Source: an uncultured Chloroflexia bacterium (GTDB lineage Bacteria; Chloroflexota; Dormibacteria; Aeolococcales; Aeolococcaceae). Taken from it: a stretch of 64,000 nucleotides of DNA. Shown here in pieces: positions 50,024-58,831 of the stretch; the first letter of the stretch is position 1; the number at the start of each line of letters is the position of its first letter. Both the position numbers and the translations under genes were made by a program. The DNA is taken from contig CAWJCO010000004.1 in assembly GCA_963841385.1 (NCBI GenBank), positions 129,714 through 193,713 on the forward strand. The letters run 5' to 3'. The notes under the pieces are model-generated. The model worked only from the letters and a program-made list of their open reading frames with translations, was not told where the DNA came from and searched no databases.

Positions 50024-51187
50024 TCAGGTGTGCTCGGCGAGGGTCAGGTCGTTCAGGCTCGGAGGCGAGCTCGTCGAATACGCCCCGGTGGCGGTGCACG
50101 CGGTCGGCACACAGCTCACGGCGAGCAGGAAGCTCTGGGTTGCGGTGCCCGGGTTGGGAGTCGACTTGATGCTCCACGCCGAGCCGTTCCACTTCTCGGC
50201 GAGGGTCACCTCGACGCCGGAGCTGTTGAGGTTCGCCCCCACGGAGTTGCAGCCGGTTGCGGTGGCGCACGAGACGCTCTCAAACCAGGCGCCCATCGAT
50301 CCCGAGATGCTGGGCGTGCTCAGCACCGACCACGACGTCCCATTCCACTGCTCCACCAGGGGGACTTCCAGGAAGGACGAGTTGATCTCGTCCCCGACGG
50401 CCATGCAGGCGGTCGCGGCGGCACAGGCCACCCCGAGAAGCTCGCTCAGGTGCGTGGTGGGGTTGATCGTTGTCTGGATCGACCACGACGTACCGTTCCA
50501 CCGCTCCGCGAGGGTCACCTCGGTGTCCGAGGAGTTGAACCAATCCCCGGCGGCGGTGCAGGCGGAGGCGGAGCTGCACCCCACCGAGTTGAGCGTGACG
50601 CCACGGTTGCCCGAGGGGTTCGGAGTTGACAGGATCGACCATGCGGTCCCGTTCCAGCGCTCCGCCAGGGCCATCGGATTCCCGGACGAGGTCTTCTTGT
50701 ACGAGCCAACGGCGATGCACGATGCGGTGGCGGTGCACGCCACACCGTTCAGAAGGCTACCCTTCGCGCCGGCAGGGTTCGGCGTGGTCGTGATGGACCA
50801 TGCGGTGCCGTTCCAGTGCTCGTCGAGGGTCTTCTCGACATTCGAGGTGGTGAAGTAGTCGCCGACCGCGGTGCAGGCTGTTGCGCCGGTGCAGTCCACC
50901 GCCGAGAGAGAGCTGTCGCCGCCGGCGGGGTTGGGCGTCGACTCAATGGACCAGGTGGTGCCGGTCCATCGCTCTGCCAGGGTCGTGACGGTCTCGGAAG
51001 TGCTGATCGAGTATCCGACGGCCGTGCATGCCGTCGCGGTATTGCACGACACGCCGGTGAGGAAGGTGTTCATCGCACCGGACGGGTTGGGGGTGGTCTG
51101 CAAGGACCAGCCCGAGGAGGCCAGCACCGTGAAGGGGATCAGCAGGATGAGCAGAGTGGCTGGCACAACACCAAAGGTCCGGCGCAT
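50024..51187 (-). CDS. Secreted protein made of ~7.5 tandem ~50-aa repeats (putative velcro-closed beta-propeller with one Cys pair per blade)
   Basis: GGAGGG RBS plus ATG. Signal peptide 'MRRTFGVVPATLLILLIPFTVLA'. Repeats 'LAERWNGTxWSIxxTPNPxG…L..V.C..A.AC.AVG…'. The first repeat lacks its N-terminal half and the protein ends with a half repeat 'LAEHT'. Confidence 0.65.
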   Translation of the reverse strand: MRRTFGVVPATLLILLIPFTVLASSGWSLQTTPNPSGAMNTFLTGVSCNTATACTAVGYSISTSETVTTLAERWTGTTWSIESTPNPAGGDSSLSAVDCTGATACTAVGDYFTTSNVEKTLDEHWNGTAWSITTTPNPAGAKGSLLNGVACTATASCIAVGSYKKTSSGNPMALAERWNGTAWSILSTPNPSGNRGVTLNSVGCSSASACTAAGDWFNSSDTEVTLAERWNGTSWSIQTTINPTTHLSELLGVACAAATACMAVGDEINSSFLEVPLVEQWNGTSWSVLSTPSISGSMGAWFESVSCATATGCNSVGANLNSSGVEVTLAEKWNGSAWSIKSTPNPGTATQSFLLAVSCVPTACTATGAYSTSSPPSLNDLTLAEHT

Positions 51188-51387
51188 TCCTCGCCCTCCA
51201 GATAGGCCTCCGGCTCTCTCGCTACCGGCGACGATACGCGCTCTTCTGCGACCGGACAAGCGCTTGGCCGTGCTGCGCGCGCCGCGGCGCGGATGCGCCG
51301 GTCGCCGCAACAGATGCGCCTGGTCACGGATGCGCCAGTCACCACGACAGGCGCGCCTGGGCGTGGAAGGGTGGAGCCCCGTGGCCT

Positions 51388-52749
51388 TTGCCCCCTCGCA
51401 TGCGCCATGATCCGAGCGCCGTGCCACCGTCTCCCGCTGTGCCGCCGACCGCGGCCCCGCCGACCGCCGCGCCGGCAGACGTCGGCGAAGCTGCGGCGCG
51501 GCCGGTCGCGTTCCGGGCCCGCCGCGTCCTCGACGTGCGCAGCGGCAGGGCGATCGCGGACGGCGTCGTCGTCTGCCGCGGCGACCGGATCGAGCAGGTG
51601 GGCGGCCCGCCGCCGGCGGACGCCGAGGTTCTCGACCTCGGCGACCGCACCCTGCTGCCCGGCCTGATCGACACCCATACCCACGTCCTCCTCCAGGGCA
51701 ATCGCACCCGCGAGGCGTACGCGCAGCAGATCCTGCGCGAGGAACCCGCTCACCGGGTCGTGCGCGCGGTGCGGTCGCTCGGGATCGCGCTCGGGCACGG
51801 CTTCACCACGCTGCGCGACCTCGGGACCGAGGGCTGCGGGTATGCCGACGTGGCCCTCCGTGACGCGGTCGCCGAGGGGGTGGTGCCCGGCCCCCGGCTC
51901 CTCGTCGCCGGGCCGGCGATCGGGCGCACCGGGACCTACCCCCTGCTCGGTTACCGCAGCGACTGGCGGTTCCCGGTTGGCGTCGCCGAGTGCGAGGGCG
52001 CCGAGGGCTGCCGGAGCGAGGTGCGGCGCGAGGTCGCGCGCGGGGTGGATTGGATCAAGGTGTATGCCACCCAGGGCCGGGAGCTGCATCTCACCGATGA
52101 CGGCTACCTCGATGCGCCCCCACCGTGGACCCAGGCCGAGCTGGACGCGCTGGTCGACGAGGCCCACCGCCAGGGGCTGCGCGTCGCCGCCCACGCATCG
52201 GAGGCGACCGGGACCGACATGGCCGTTGCCGCCGGCGTCGACTCGATCGAGCACGGCTACTCGATCCGCCCCGCGACGGCCCGGGCGATGGCGGAGCAGG
52301 GCATCCTCCTGGTGCCGACGCTCCTGGTCGCTCGTGAGGTGAGCGGCAACCGGGCCGCCGAGCGCGGTGCCCCCTGGACCCAGGTCCCCGCGATCCACCG
52401 GCGGTCGGTCGAGAACTGCCGGCAAGCCGGGGTGTCGATCGTGTGCGGGACCGATGTGGGCGGCTTCGAGTGGGAGGACGTCAACCAGGCCGAGGAGCTC
52501 CGCATCCTGGTCGAGCTCGGGTGGAGCCCGCTCGAGGCGATCCAGAGCGCGACCCTGCTTGCCGCCCGGCTGCTCCAGCGCGACGGTGAGCTCGGCGAGC
52601 TGACCGTCGGGGCGGCCGCGGACCTCGCCGCATGCCCCGGGGATCCGCTGGAGGACATCGGCCGGGTGCTCGACATCGACGTGGTGGTACGCGCGGGGCG
52701 GGTGGTCGTCGCGCCGCCGGGCGGGCTCCCTGCGGTCCCGGCGGCGTAG
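51388..52749 (+). CDS. Amidohydrolase family metal-dependent hydrolase
   Basis: 'LLPGLIDTHTHV' HxH metal-binding motif, 'DWIKVYAT', 'HASEATG', 'GTDVGG' and a C-terminal 'ADL' block. Confidence 0.8.
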   Translation: MPPRMRHDPSAVPPSPAVPPTAAPPTAAPADVGEAAARPVAFRARRVLDVRSGRAIADGVVVCRGDRIEQVGGPPPADAEVLDLGDRTLLPGLIDTHTHVLLQGNRTREAYAQQILREEPAHRVVRAVRSLGIALGHGFTTLRDLGTEGCGYADVALRDAVAEGVVPGPRLLVAGPAIGRTGTYPLLGYRSDWRFPVGVAECEGAEGCRSEVRREVARGVDWIKVYATQGRELHLTDDGYLDAPPPWTQAELDALVDEAHRQGLRVAAHASEATGTDMAVAAGVDSIEHGYSIRPATARAMAEQGILLVPTLLVAREVSGNRAAERGAPWTQVPAIHRRSVENCRQAGVSIVCGTDVGGFEWEDVNQAEELRILVELGWSPLEAIQSATLLAARLLQRDGELGELTVGAAADLAACPGDPLEDIGRVLDIDVVVRAGRVVVAPPGGLPAVPAA

Positions 52750-52852
52750 CGGCCACGGGCGGGCGTCACCGCCCCGACCTTCCGCCGATCGTGCCCCTCG
52801 GCTGACAGGCTGCCCCTGGCCTCCGTCCCGGGGGGCCAGCCCTGGAGAGTTC

Positions 52853-54082
52853 GTGCGCATGCAGACTCGCCGCATGGAGAGCCTCCGGGACGGGCCGTCG
52901 CTGCCGCCGCACGCGGCCACGCCGCCAGTGTGGGGGGAGCTGCCCGCCCTCCCGCGTCCGGACCCGCCCCCCGGGCGTGCCGGCGTGTGCGTCGTCGGCG
53001 GAGGCATCAGCGGGGTGGCGGCACTGCACTGGTGCCGGGCGCGAGATCTGGACGCCGTCCTCCTGGAGCGCAGGCATCTCGCCGCCGGGGCCAGCGGCCG
53101 CAACGCCGGCTTCCTGCTCGCCGGGGTGGCGGAGAACTACGCGCGCGCCGCGGCCGCCCACGGGCGGGATCTCGCCACCGCCGTGTGGCACTTCACGCGC
53201 GAGAACCACCGCCTCGTCCGCTCGCTCATCGCGACCGCTGACGTGGGCTACGCGCGCCGGGGCAGCTGGACCCTGGCGGCGAGCGCCGCCGAGGCCGAGT
53301 CCCTGAAGCAGGCGGCCACCCTGCTCGCTGAGGACGGGCTCCCGGGACGGTGGACCCGCGACCTGCCTGAGCGTCTGGCACACCTGCAGGGTGGCCTGTT
53401 CACCCCGGATGACGGCGAGGTCGATCCCGTGCGGCTGGTGGCGGCGATCGCCGCCCCTCTCCGTTCCCGCATCTTCGAGGGGGTGGAGGTCAGGGCCCTG
53501 ATTCCCGGGGGTGCGGAGGTGGTTGTGCGGCACAGCCGGGGGGAGCTCCGCGCCACGCGCGTGATCATCGCCACCAACGCCCACGCCTCCGAACTGGTGC
53601 CGGCCATCCCCATCGCTCCGGTGCGCGCCCAGATGCTCGCCACCGCCGCCGATCACGGGGCCAGCCTCGGGCCGCCCGCCTACGCGGAGTGGGGCTACCG
53701 CTACTGGCGTCAGCTCTCCGACGGGCGAGTGCTCCTGGGAGGCATGCGGCACCGGGCGCGCGCGGAGGAGGTCGGCACCGTCAGCCGGCCCACCGCGACC
53801 ATCCAGACGCTCCTGGACGGCGAGTTGCGCGACCTCCGCGTGACCGCCCCGGTGGGCCACCGCTGGGCCGGGATCATAGGCTTCAGCCCGGATGGGCTCC
53901 CCCTGGCCGGACCGCTGTCGTCATCTCCGGGTGTGCTGCTGCTCGGAGGCTACACCGGCCACGGGATGGGCTTCGCTGTGAACGCCGCCCGCGCCCTGGT
54001 GGCCCACCTGGTCGACGGCACCCCCATTCCGGGCTGGTTGGACCCGGCCCGCGCCTTGCCGGGACCGGGCGATGCCGTCTGA
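52853..54082 (+). CDS. FAD-dependent oxidoreductase (DadA/glycine oxidase-like)
   Basis: 'VCVVGGGISGVAAL' dinucleotide-binding motif and 'GASGRNAGFL'. Confidence 0.8.
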   Translation: MRMQTRRMESLRDGPSLPPHAATPPVWGELPALPRPDPPPGRAGVCVVGGGISGVAALHWCRARDLDAVLLERRHLAAGASGRNAGFLLAGVAENYARAAAAHGRDLATAVWHFTRENHRLVRSLIATADVGYARRGSWTLAASAAEAESLKQAATLLAEDGLPGRWTRDLPERLAHLQGGLFTPDDGEVDPVRLVAAIAAPLRSRIFEGVEVRALIPGGAEVVVRHSRGELRATRVIIATNAHASELVPAIPIAPVRAQMLATAADHGASLGPPAYAEWGYRYWRQLSDGRVLLGGMRHRARAEEVGTVSRPTATIQTLLDGELRDLRVTAPVGHRWAGIIGFSPDGLPLAGPLSSSPGVLLLGGYTGHGMGFAVNAARALVAHLVDGTPIPGWLDPARALPGPGDAV

Positions 54083-54164
54083 GAGCAGCCGCGGCTCAGG
54101 GCGCGGCTCCCTGCCCAGGCCGGACTGGTCACTGGAGCGAATGGTACGTATGGGCGAGCCGGGT

Positions 54165-54530
54165 TCAGTCGCCGGTCGCGACCACCCCCGCGCGCTCCAG
54201 CATCAGCACCACGGTGCGTTCGGGGACCACCGGTCGGTGCTGCAGCCCCTTGGGCACGATGAACGACTGGCGCGGCCCCAGCTCCACCGCCTCTCTGCCC
54301 TGCAGCTCGATCCGCATCCGCCCCTCCAGGACCAGGAAGAACTCGTCCTGCTGCTCGTGGCGGTGCCAGTGGAACTCGCCCTGGAGCACTCCCAACCGGA
54401 CCGCGGTGCCGTCCACTTCGCACAGGGTCTGGTTGAACCAGGGATCGGTGACGCCGTCGATCACGGCCTGGACGTCGAGCTTCACCAGGGCGCCGGCCAG
54501 CGGCTGGTACTCGATCCGGTAGTCGGTCAT
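54165..54530 (-). CDS. Cupin domain protein
   Basis: 'GEFHWHRHEQQDEFFLVLEGRMRIEL' cupin motifs. Confidence 0.7.
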   Translation of the reverse strand: MTDYRIEYQPLAGALVKLDVQAVIDGVTDPWFNQTLCEVDGTAVRLGVLQGEFHWHRHEQQDEFFLVLEGRMRIELQGREAVELGPRQSFIVPKGLQHRPVVPERTVVLMLERAGVVATGD

Positions 54531-54732
54531 GGGCGCTCCCCCGGTGGTCGGCCGTCGACTGGACCCCATTCTGGGCCAGGGTGGCGGCGCGGCCTGGGGC
54601 TCAGGTCTGGTCGCGGCCCTGCTGGAGCGGCGCTGACCCCTCGTCGGCGTGACCGGCCGGGTCCGCCCCGGGTGGAGCGGGTCAGCGGGCAGAGACGCGC
54701 AGCATCACCGCCCCTGAGGGCCCAGCTTCGCC

Positions 54733-55155
54733 CTAGTCGATTCGCTCCAGGATCATGACGGGGATCCGCCGTGAGGTCTTCTTCTGGTAATCCAGGAACC
54801 CGGGGGCGATGGCGACGCGGTCGGCCCAGATCCGCTCACGCTCCTCCCCCTCGGCCTCATGAGCCCTGACCTCGAAGGTCTCCGTGCCCGACTCCGTCCC
54901 CACCTCGATCCTCGCCACGGGGTGTGCCTCGAGGTTGTGGTACCAGCCGGGGTTGTCCGGTGCCCCCGCCTTGGATGCGACCACGACATACCGCTCCCCG
55001 TCACGGTGGTACATCACCGGCGTGGTGCGCTCCTCCCCGCTGCGCGCCCCGCTTGTGGTCAGCAGCAGTAGCTGGTCCCCGAAGTCCGCGACCCCCTTGC
55101 CGTCCTTGGCGTGGAACTCTTGGATGATCGCCTCGTTCCAGCTCAACATCGCCAC
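54733..55155 (-). CDS. Deazaflavin (F420)-dependent nitroreductase-family oxidoreductase (DUF385/PNPOx-like)
   Basis: 'WNEAIIQEFHAKDGK…LLLLTTSGARSGEERTTPVMY…WYHNLEAHP', a typical DDN-family N-terminus. Confidence 0.8.
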   Translation of the reverse strand: MAMLSWNEAIIQEFHAKDGKGVADFGDQLLLLTTSGARSGEERTTPVMYHRDGERYVVVASKAGAPDNPGWYHNLEAHPVARIEVGTESGTETFEVRAHEAEGEERERIWADRVAIAPGFLDYQKKTSRRIPVMILERID

Positions 55156-55733
55156 CCTCCTTCTCGCTCACTCTGCTGAGGTTCGATGAGCCTGCCGCCT
55201 CGTGACAGGTTCGGGTCGGTGCATGCGGCAAGGTTGAAACAGCAGGGCCGTCGCTTCCCGCTCTGCATCTTCGAGATGGTCACCTCGACCCGTCGTCTGC
55301 GCGTATCGGGGTTCTGGGTGGCATTGACCCAGCGAACCCATTCCCAGCGCGCCATCGGAGTGATGTCCCTCCACAGGTCTCGGATCGTCTGAGAGGCTGC
55401 TGCCAGAGCCGCCTCGAGATCCCGTGGCACGCTCGGCTCCGGCCAGTCTTTGAGCGGGTCAACCTCGACGGTTGCGGTGTCGCCCACGCTCAGAGCAGCG
55501 GTCTGCTGCAGCTCTCCCTCGAGCCTCATCCAGTGGCCGAAACTGCCGTCCGGTTCCAATACCGTCTGGAACCCATGGCCATTGATGGTTCCTTGGACCG
55601 CAACCTGCCCGCGCGACGGCAGCTTCCTGCTGGCTTCCTCAGGCAAGCGCAGGATCGTCCACTGGCCGACCCTGTACGGCATGGCCTCAAAGCGCGTTGT
55701 GGGCGCCCCTGTGCGCGGGCTCATGGTGGCCAC
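55143..55733 (-). CDS. DUF1905 + YdeI/OmpD-associated family protein
   Basis: N-terminal 'VQGTINGHGFQTVLEPDGSFGHWMRL' (DUF1905). C-terminal 'DLWRDITPMARWEWVRWVNATQNPDTRRRR' (YdeI). Confidence 0.55.
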   Translation of the reverse strand: MATMSPRTGAPTTRFEAMPYRVGQWTILRLPEEASRKLPSRGQVAVQGTINGHGFQTVLEPDGSFGHWMRLEGELQQTAALSVGDTATVEVDPLKDWPEPSVPRDLEAALAAASQTIRDLWRDITPMARWEWVRWVNATQNPDTRRRRVEVTISKMQSGKRRPCCFNLAACTDPNLSRGGRLIEPQQSEREGGWRC

Positions 55734-55966
55734 ATATTACGGAGCCCGCCGGTTCGTGCGGCAGGCGGCGCCGCCCCCATTCACCGCCATCCGGCCACCG
55801 ACGGGTTGGAACATCCGCACCGGCCGCCGCGTCAATGGAGCGTGCGCGTCACCTCCAGGTTGGGAGGCGGATGTCCCTCCCCCGAGCCGAGAGCCAGCCA
55901 CGGCCGGATTCCGGGCCGGCTCCGTCCCTCCTGGCGGTACCAGGCGGGCTGACGCATGATCAGCGC

Positions 55967-56347
55967 ATGCGAGGGAGGCTCAGGCTCTGGCAACCACTGG
56001 CCCTCCTCGCTGTTGCCGCGACCGCCTGCGGATCCTCCCTTCCGACAGGAGTGGTCCGGGGCACCATGGAGGGAGTGGGCGGGCCACCGATGTACGGGAT
56101 AGGAACGGTGCGATCCCCCATTGCCGGGGTGGGAGGAAGGGTCACCCTGCATGGGCCATCCGGCCTCTCGATCTCTGTCCCGACGGGGAACGGCGGAGTC
56201 TTCTCAGTGCACGCCCCCGCCGGCCGCTACAGGGTGACGGGCAGCAGCGCTGGGAACCAGGTGGGGGACGACTGCGCGGCATCCAATCCCGTCGAGATCA
56301 CGGCGGGTTCGGCCACCACCGTCATCGTGACCTGCGAAATACCCTAG
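55967..56347 (+). CDS. Putative lipoprotein with carboxypeptidase-regulatory-like beta-sandwich
   Basis: 'LALLAVAATACGSS' lipobox. 'GRVTLHG…YRVTGSSAG' Ig-like pattern. Confidence 0.45.
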   Translation: MRGRLRLWQPLALLAVAATACGSSLPTGVVRGTMEGVGGPPMYGIGTVRSPIAGVGGRVTLHGPSGLSISVPTGNGGVFSVHAPAGRYRVTGSSAGNQVGDDCAASNPVEITAGSATTVIVTCEIP

Positions 56348-56600
56348 TGCACCGGCCCAGGGTTCAGGGGTATCCCTCGACGGCGAGGAATCAGACGCCC
56401 ATCATGCCCACCGTGGAAGAGGGGCCGGTGACCCGGGCGAGGAGGTGGTCAGCGCCACCGTCATCCGGACGGATGGCCAGACGGCCACGGCTCCGGCTGA
56501 TCGGAGTTCGAGGCCGGTGGCAGGTGGGCGACCGCAATTGGATTGCAATCGGCGCGGGTCACGATCGGTCACGCTGAGACCCGCACCCCAGGGAGCCCCC

Positions 56601-56993
56601 ATGATGACCGACGCGATCGACCGATACACCGACGCGATTCGCACCGCCACCATCCCGGCAGCCGACAGCCTCGCCCCCAATGTGGTCCTCGACGCCACGG
56701 TCCCCAACTGGCGCTTCACGGTCAGGGGGGCCGAAGCCGTCAAGGCGGAGCTGGCCCACTGGTATGCCGACCCGGGTCAGTTCGAGGAGATCAAGCGCAC
56801 CGACCTGCCCGGCGGGGCGCTGGTCGAGTTCCTGCTGTCCTGGGAGGAGGAGGGCGTGCCGCACCTCTCGCACCAGGCTCATGTCATCCAGGTGAGCGGC
56901 GGCATGATCGTCCGCGACACCGCCTGGTGCGGGGGCCGGTGGGGTGCGGCCCTGATGGCCGAGATGGCGGAGGCGGAAGCGGGCGTTGACTGA
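56601..56993 (+). CDS. NTF2-like/SnoaL-like small protein
   Basis: GGGAG RBS. About 130 aa with an alpha+beta cone pattern. Overlaps the downstream kinase-like gene. Confidence 0.5.
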   Translation: MMTDAIDRYTDAIRTATIPAADSLAPNVVLDATVPNWRFTVRGAEAVKAELAHWYADPGQFEEIKRTDLPGGALVEFLLSWEEEGVPHLSHQAHVIQVSGGMIVRDTAWCGGRWGAALMAEMAEAEAGVD

Positions 56994-58014
56994 ACCGTCC
57001 GTGCAGCCTGCCCCCGGGCTCCTTCGCGTCTCCGTCCGTCCGTCGGTCGCGGAGCTGCTGGCGGACGCCGGCCTGCGCGAGCCCTGGAAGACGGCGGATT
57101 CCCTGTCGGGAAGTCGCTTCGAACGCGTGACGATCCACGGCGAGCCCTTCGTGGTCAAGTACGTCTGCGTCGACGACGACTGGATCCTCAGGGCGACCGG
57201 CGATCTCAACTCCAGGCAGCTGGAGCTCTTCGGTTCGGCCCTGCTTCACCGCCTTCCCAAGGAGATCGACCACGCCGTGGTGGCCTGTGCGCCGTTCACC
57301 TCGCGGCGGGGCCACCGCGGCGCCGCGCTCCTCATGCATGAGGTCGGCAGCTGGCTGGTGCCGCCCGGGAGCGCCGCGATACCCCTGGAGGCGCACCGGC
57401 TCTTCATGGCCCACATGGCCGGGATGCACGCGACCTACTGGGGCTTCAGGGATGACCTCGGCCTCTTCCCGCTCGCCCACCACTACGTATTCCTGACCCC
57501 GACGATGGCCCAGCTGGAGCTGGCCGGGGGCGGCCAGGATCCGGTGCCGCCCGCCGTCGCTGCCGGCTGGCGCGAGCTGGCGGCCGGTCACCCCGCTGAG
57601 GCTCGGCTGCTCGGCGGTCTGGCCGAGGATCCGTCTCCGCTGCTCGCCATCCTCGGCCGTGGCCCCAACACCCTCATCCACGGCGATTGGAAGCTGGGCA
57701 ACCTGGGCGGCCACCCCGACGGAAGAACCATCCTTCTCGACTGGGACCGCTGCGGGGCTGGGCCACCGCTCGTCGACCTCGCCTGGTACCTCGCGGTCAA
57801 CTGCGACCGTCTCCCCGAATCCAAGGAGGCGACCATCGCCCGCTACCGAGCTGCGCTCGAGGGCTGCGGCATCCCGACCTCCGCGTGGTGGGACGAGCAG
57901 CTCGCAGCTGCCCTGGTGGGGGCGTTCCTCCAGCTCGCCTGGTCGAAGACAGCCGACCAGAGCGAGTTCGAGTGGTGGACCGGGCGGGCCGCGGAGAGCG
58001 GCTGGCTGAGGTGA
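56986..58014 (+). CDS. Aminoglycoside-phosphotransferase-like (APH/ChoK family) kinase
   Basis: 'LIHGDWKLGNL' catalytic loop and 'LLDWDRCGAGPPLVDLAWYL' (DxD metal-binding). Confidence 0.75.
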   Translation: MTEPSVQPAPGLLRVSVRPSVAELLADAGLREPWKTADSLSGSRFERVTIHGEPFVVKYVCVDDDWILRATGDLNSRQLELFGSALLHRLPKEIDHAVVACAPFTSRRGHRGAALLMHEVGSWLVPPGSAAIPLEAHRLFMAHMAGMHATYWGFRDDLGLFPLAHHYVFLTPTMAQLELAGGGQDPVPPAVAAGWRELAAGHPAEARLLGGLAEDPSPLLAILGRGPNTLIHGDWKLGNLGGHPDGRTILLDWDRCGAGPPLVDLAWYLAVNCDRLPESKEATIARYRAALEGCGIPTSAWWDEQLAAALVGAFLQLAWSKTADQSEFEWWTGRAAESGWLR

Positions 58015-58831
58015 ACCGCCCGGGGGACGCCGATCGCGCCTCGGAGGTGACCAGCCTCCGTGACGCCTATGGGGCTTCCGCCTCAGCCTGGGACCGCGGA
58101 CCGTCCCGCCTCTACGACGAGCTGGCCCGGATGATCGTCGAGCCGCTGGCCGGAGAGCTTGCCGGGCGTCTGGTGCTGGATGTCGGCGCCGGCACCGGCG
58201 CCCTGTCCCGGGCCCTCCGCACCGTCGGTGCCACACCGCTGGCCCTCGACGTCTCGGCGGAGATGCTGGCCCGTGCCCGAGGTGCGGCGAGCCTGGCGGT
58301 GATCGGGGACATGCTCGCCCTGCCCTTCCTCGACAGCGCCTTCGATGCTGCGCTGGCAGGCTTCGCGATCTCGCATGTCGAGGCTCCCGAGCTCGCCTTG
58401 CCGAGATGCGCCGGGTGGTGGCGCCGGGCGGTCTGGTGGTCGCCGCGGTGTTCGGCGCCTCCCCGCCCAGCGCCGCCAAGGAGGCCATCGAGGAGGTGGC
58501 GGCCGGCTTTGGATTCCGACGACCGGAGTGGTACGTCACCTTCAAGACGGTGACCGAACCTCGGTCGAACACTCCGGATCTCCTCCGAGGCTGTGCGGAG
58601 GCGGCAGGTCTCACCCAGATCGCCATCCTGGACCTGGTCGCCGCCGGTCTGGACGCTCCCCAGGAGATCGTGGAGTGCCGCCTCGGCATGGCACACCTGG
58701 CACCGTTCGTCGAGTCCCTGCCCGCTCCGCGCCGCGCAGCGTTCCTGGCCAGCGCCATCGAGGAGGTGCGCCGGCGAGGTCAGCCGCTCACGCCCAGGGT
58801 GCTCGTCCTCTCCAGCCGCGCGCCTGATTGA
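58011..58831 (+). pseudogene. Class I SAM-dependent methyltransferase (Methyltransf_11 type) with a 1-nt frameshift near 58394
   Basis: GTG start overlapping the kinase stop (GTGA). 'LVLDVGAGTGALS…LPFLDSAFDAALAGFAISHVEAPELAL' in the frame of ORF 57687. It continues as 'AEMRRVVAPGGLVVAAVFG…' in the frame of ORF 58406. The sequence 'ttgccgagatg' would read through if it were 'ttgGccgagatg'. Confidence 0.55.

Noticed and set aside
50060-51100. DNA-level ~150-bp tandem periodicity that might suggest a CRISPR or satellite array
   Set aside because: The periodicity is the coding repeat of the β-propeller-like protein. The repeats are about 150 bp and diverged, they lie inside one ORF with signal peptide and RBS, and there is no spacer/repeat structure or cas genes.
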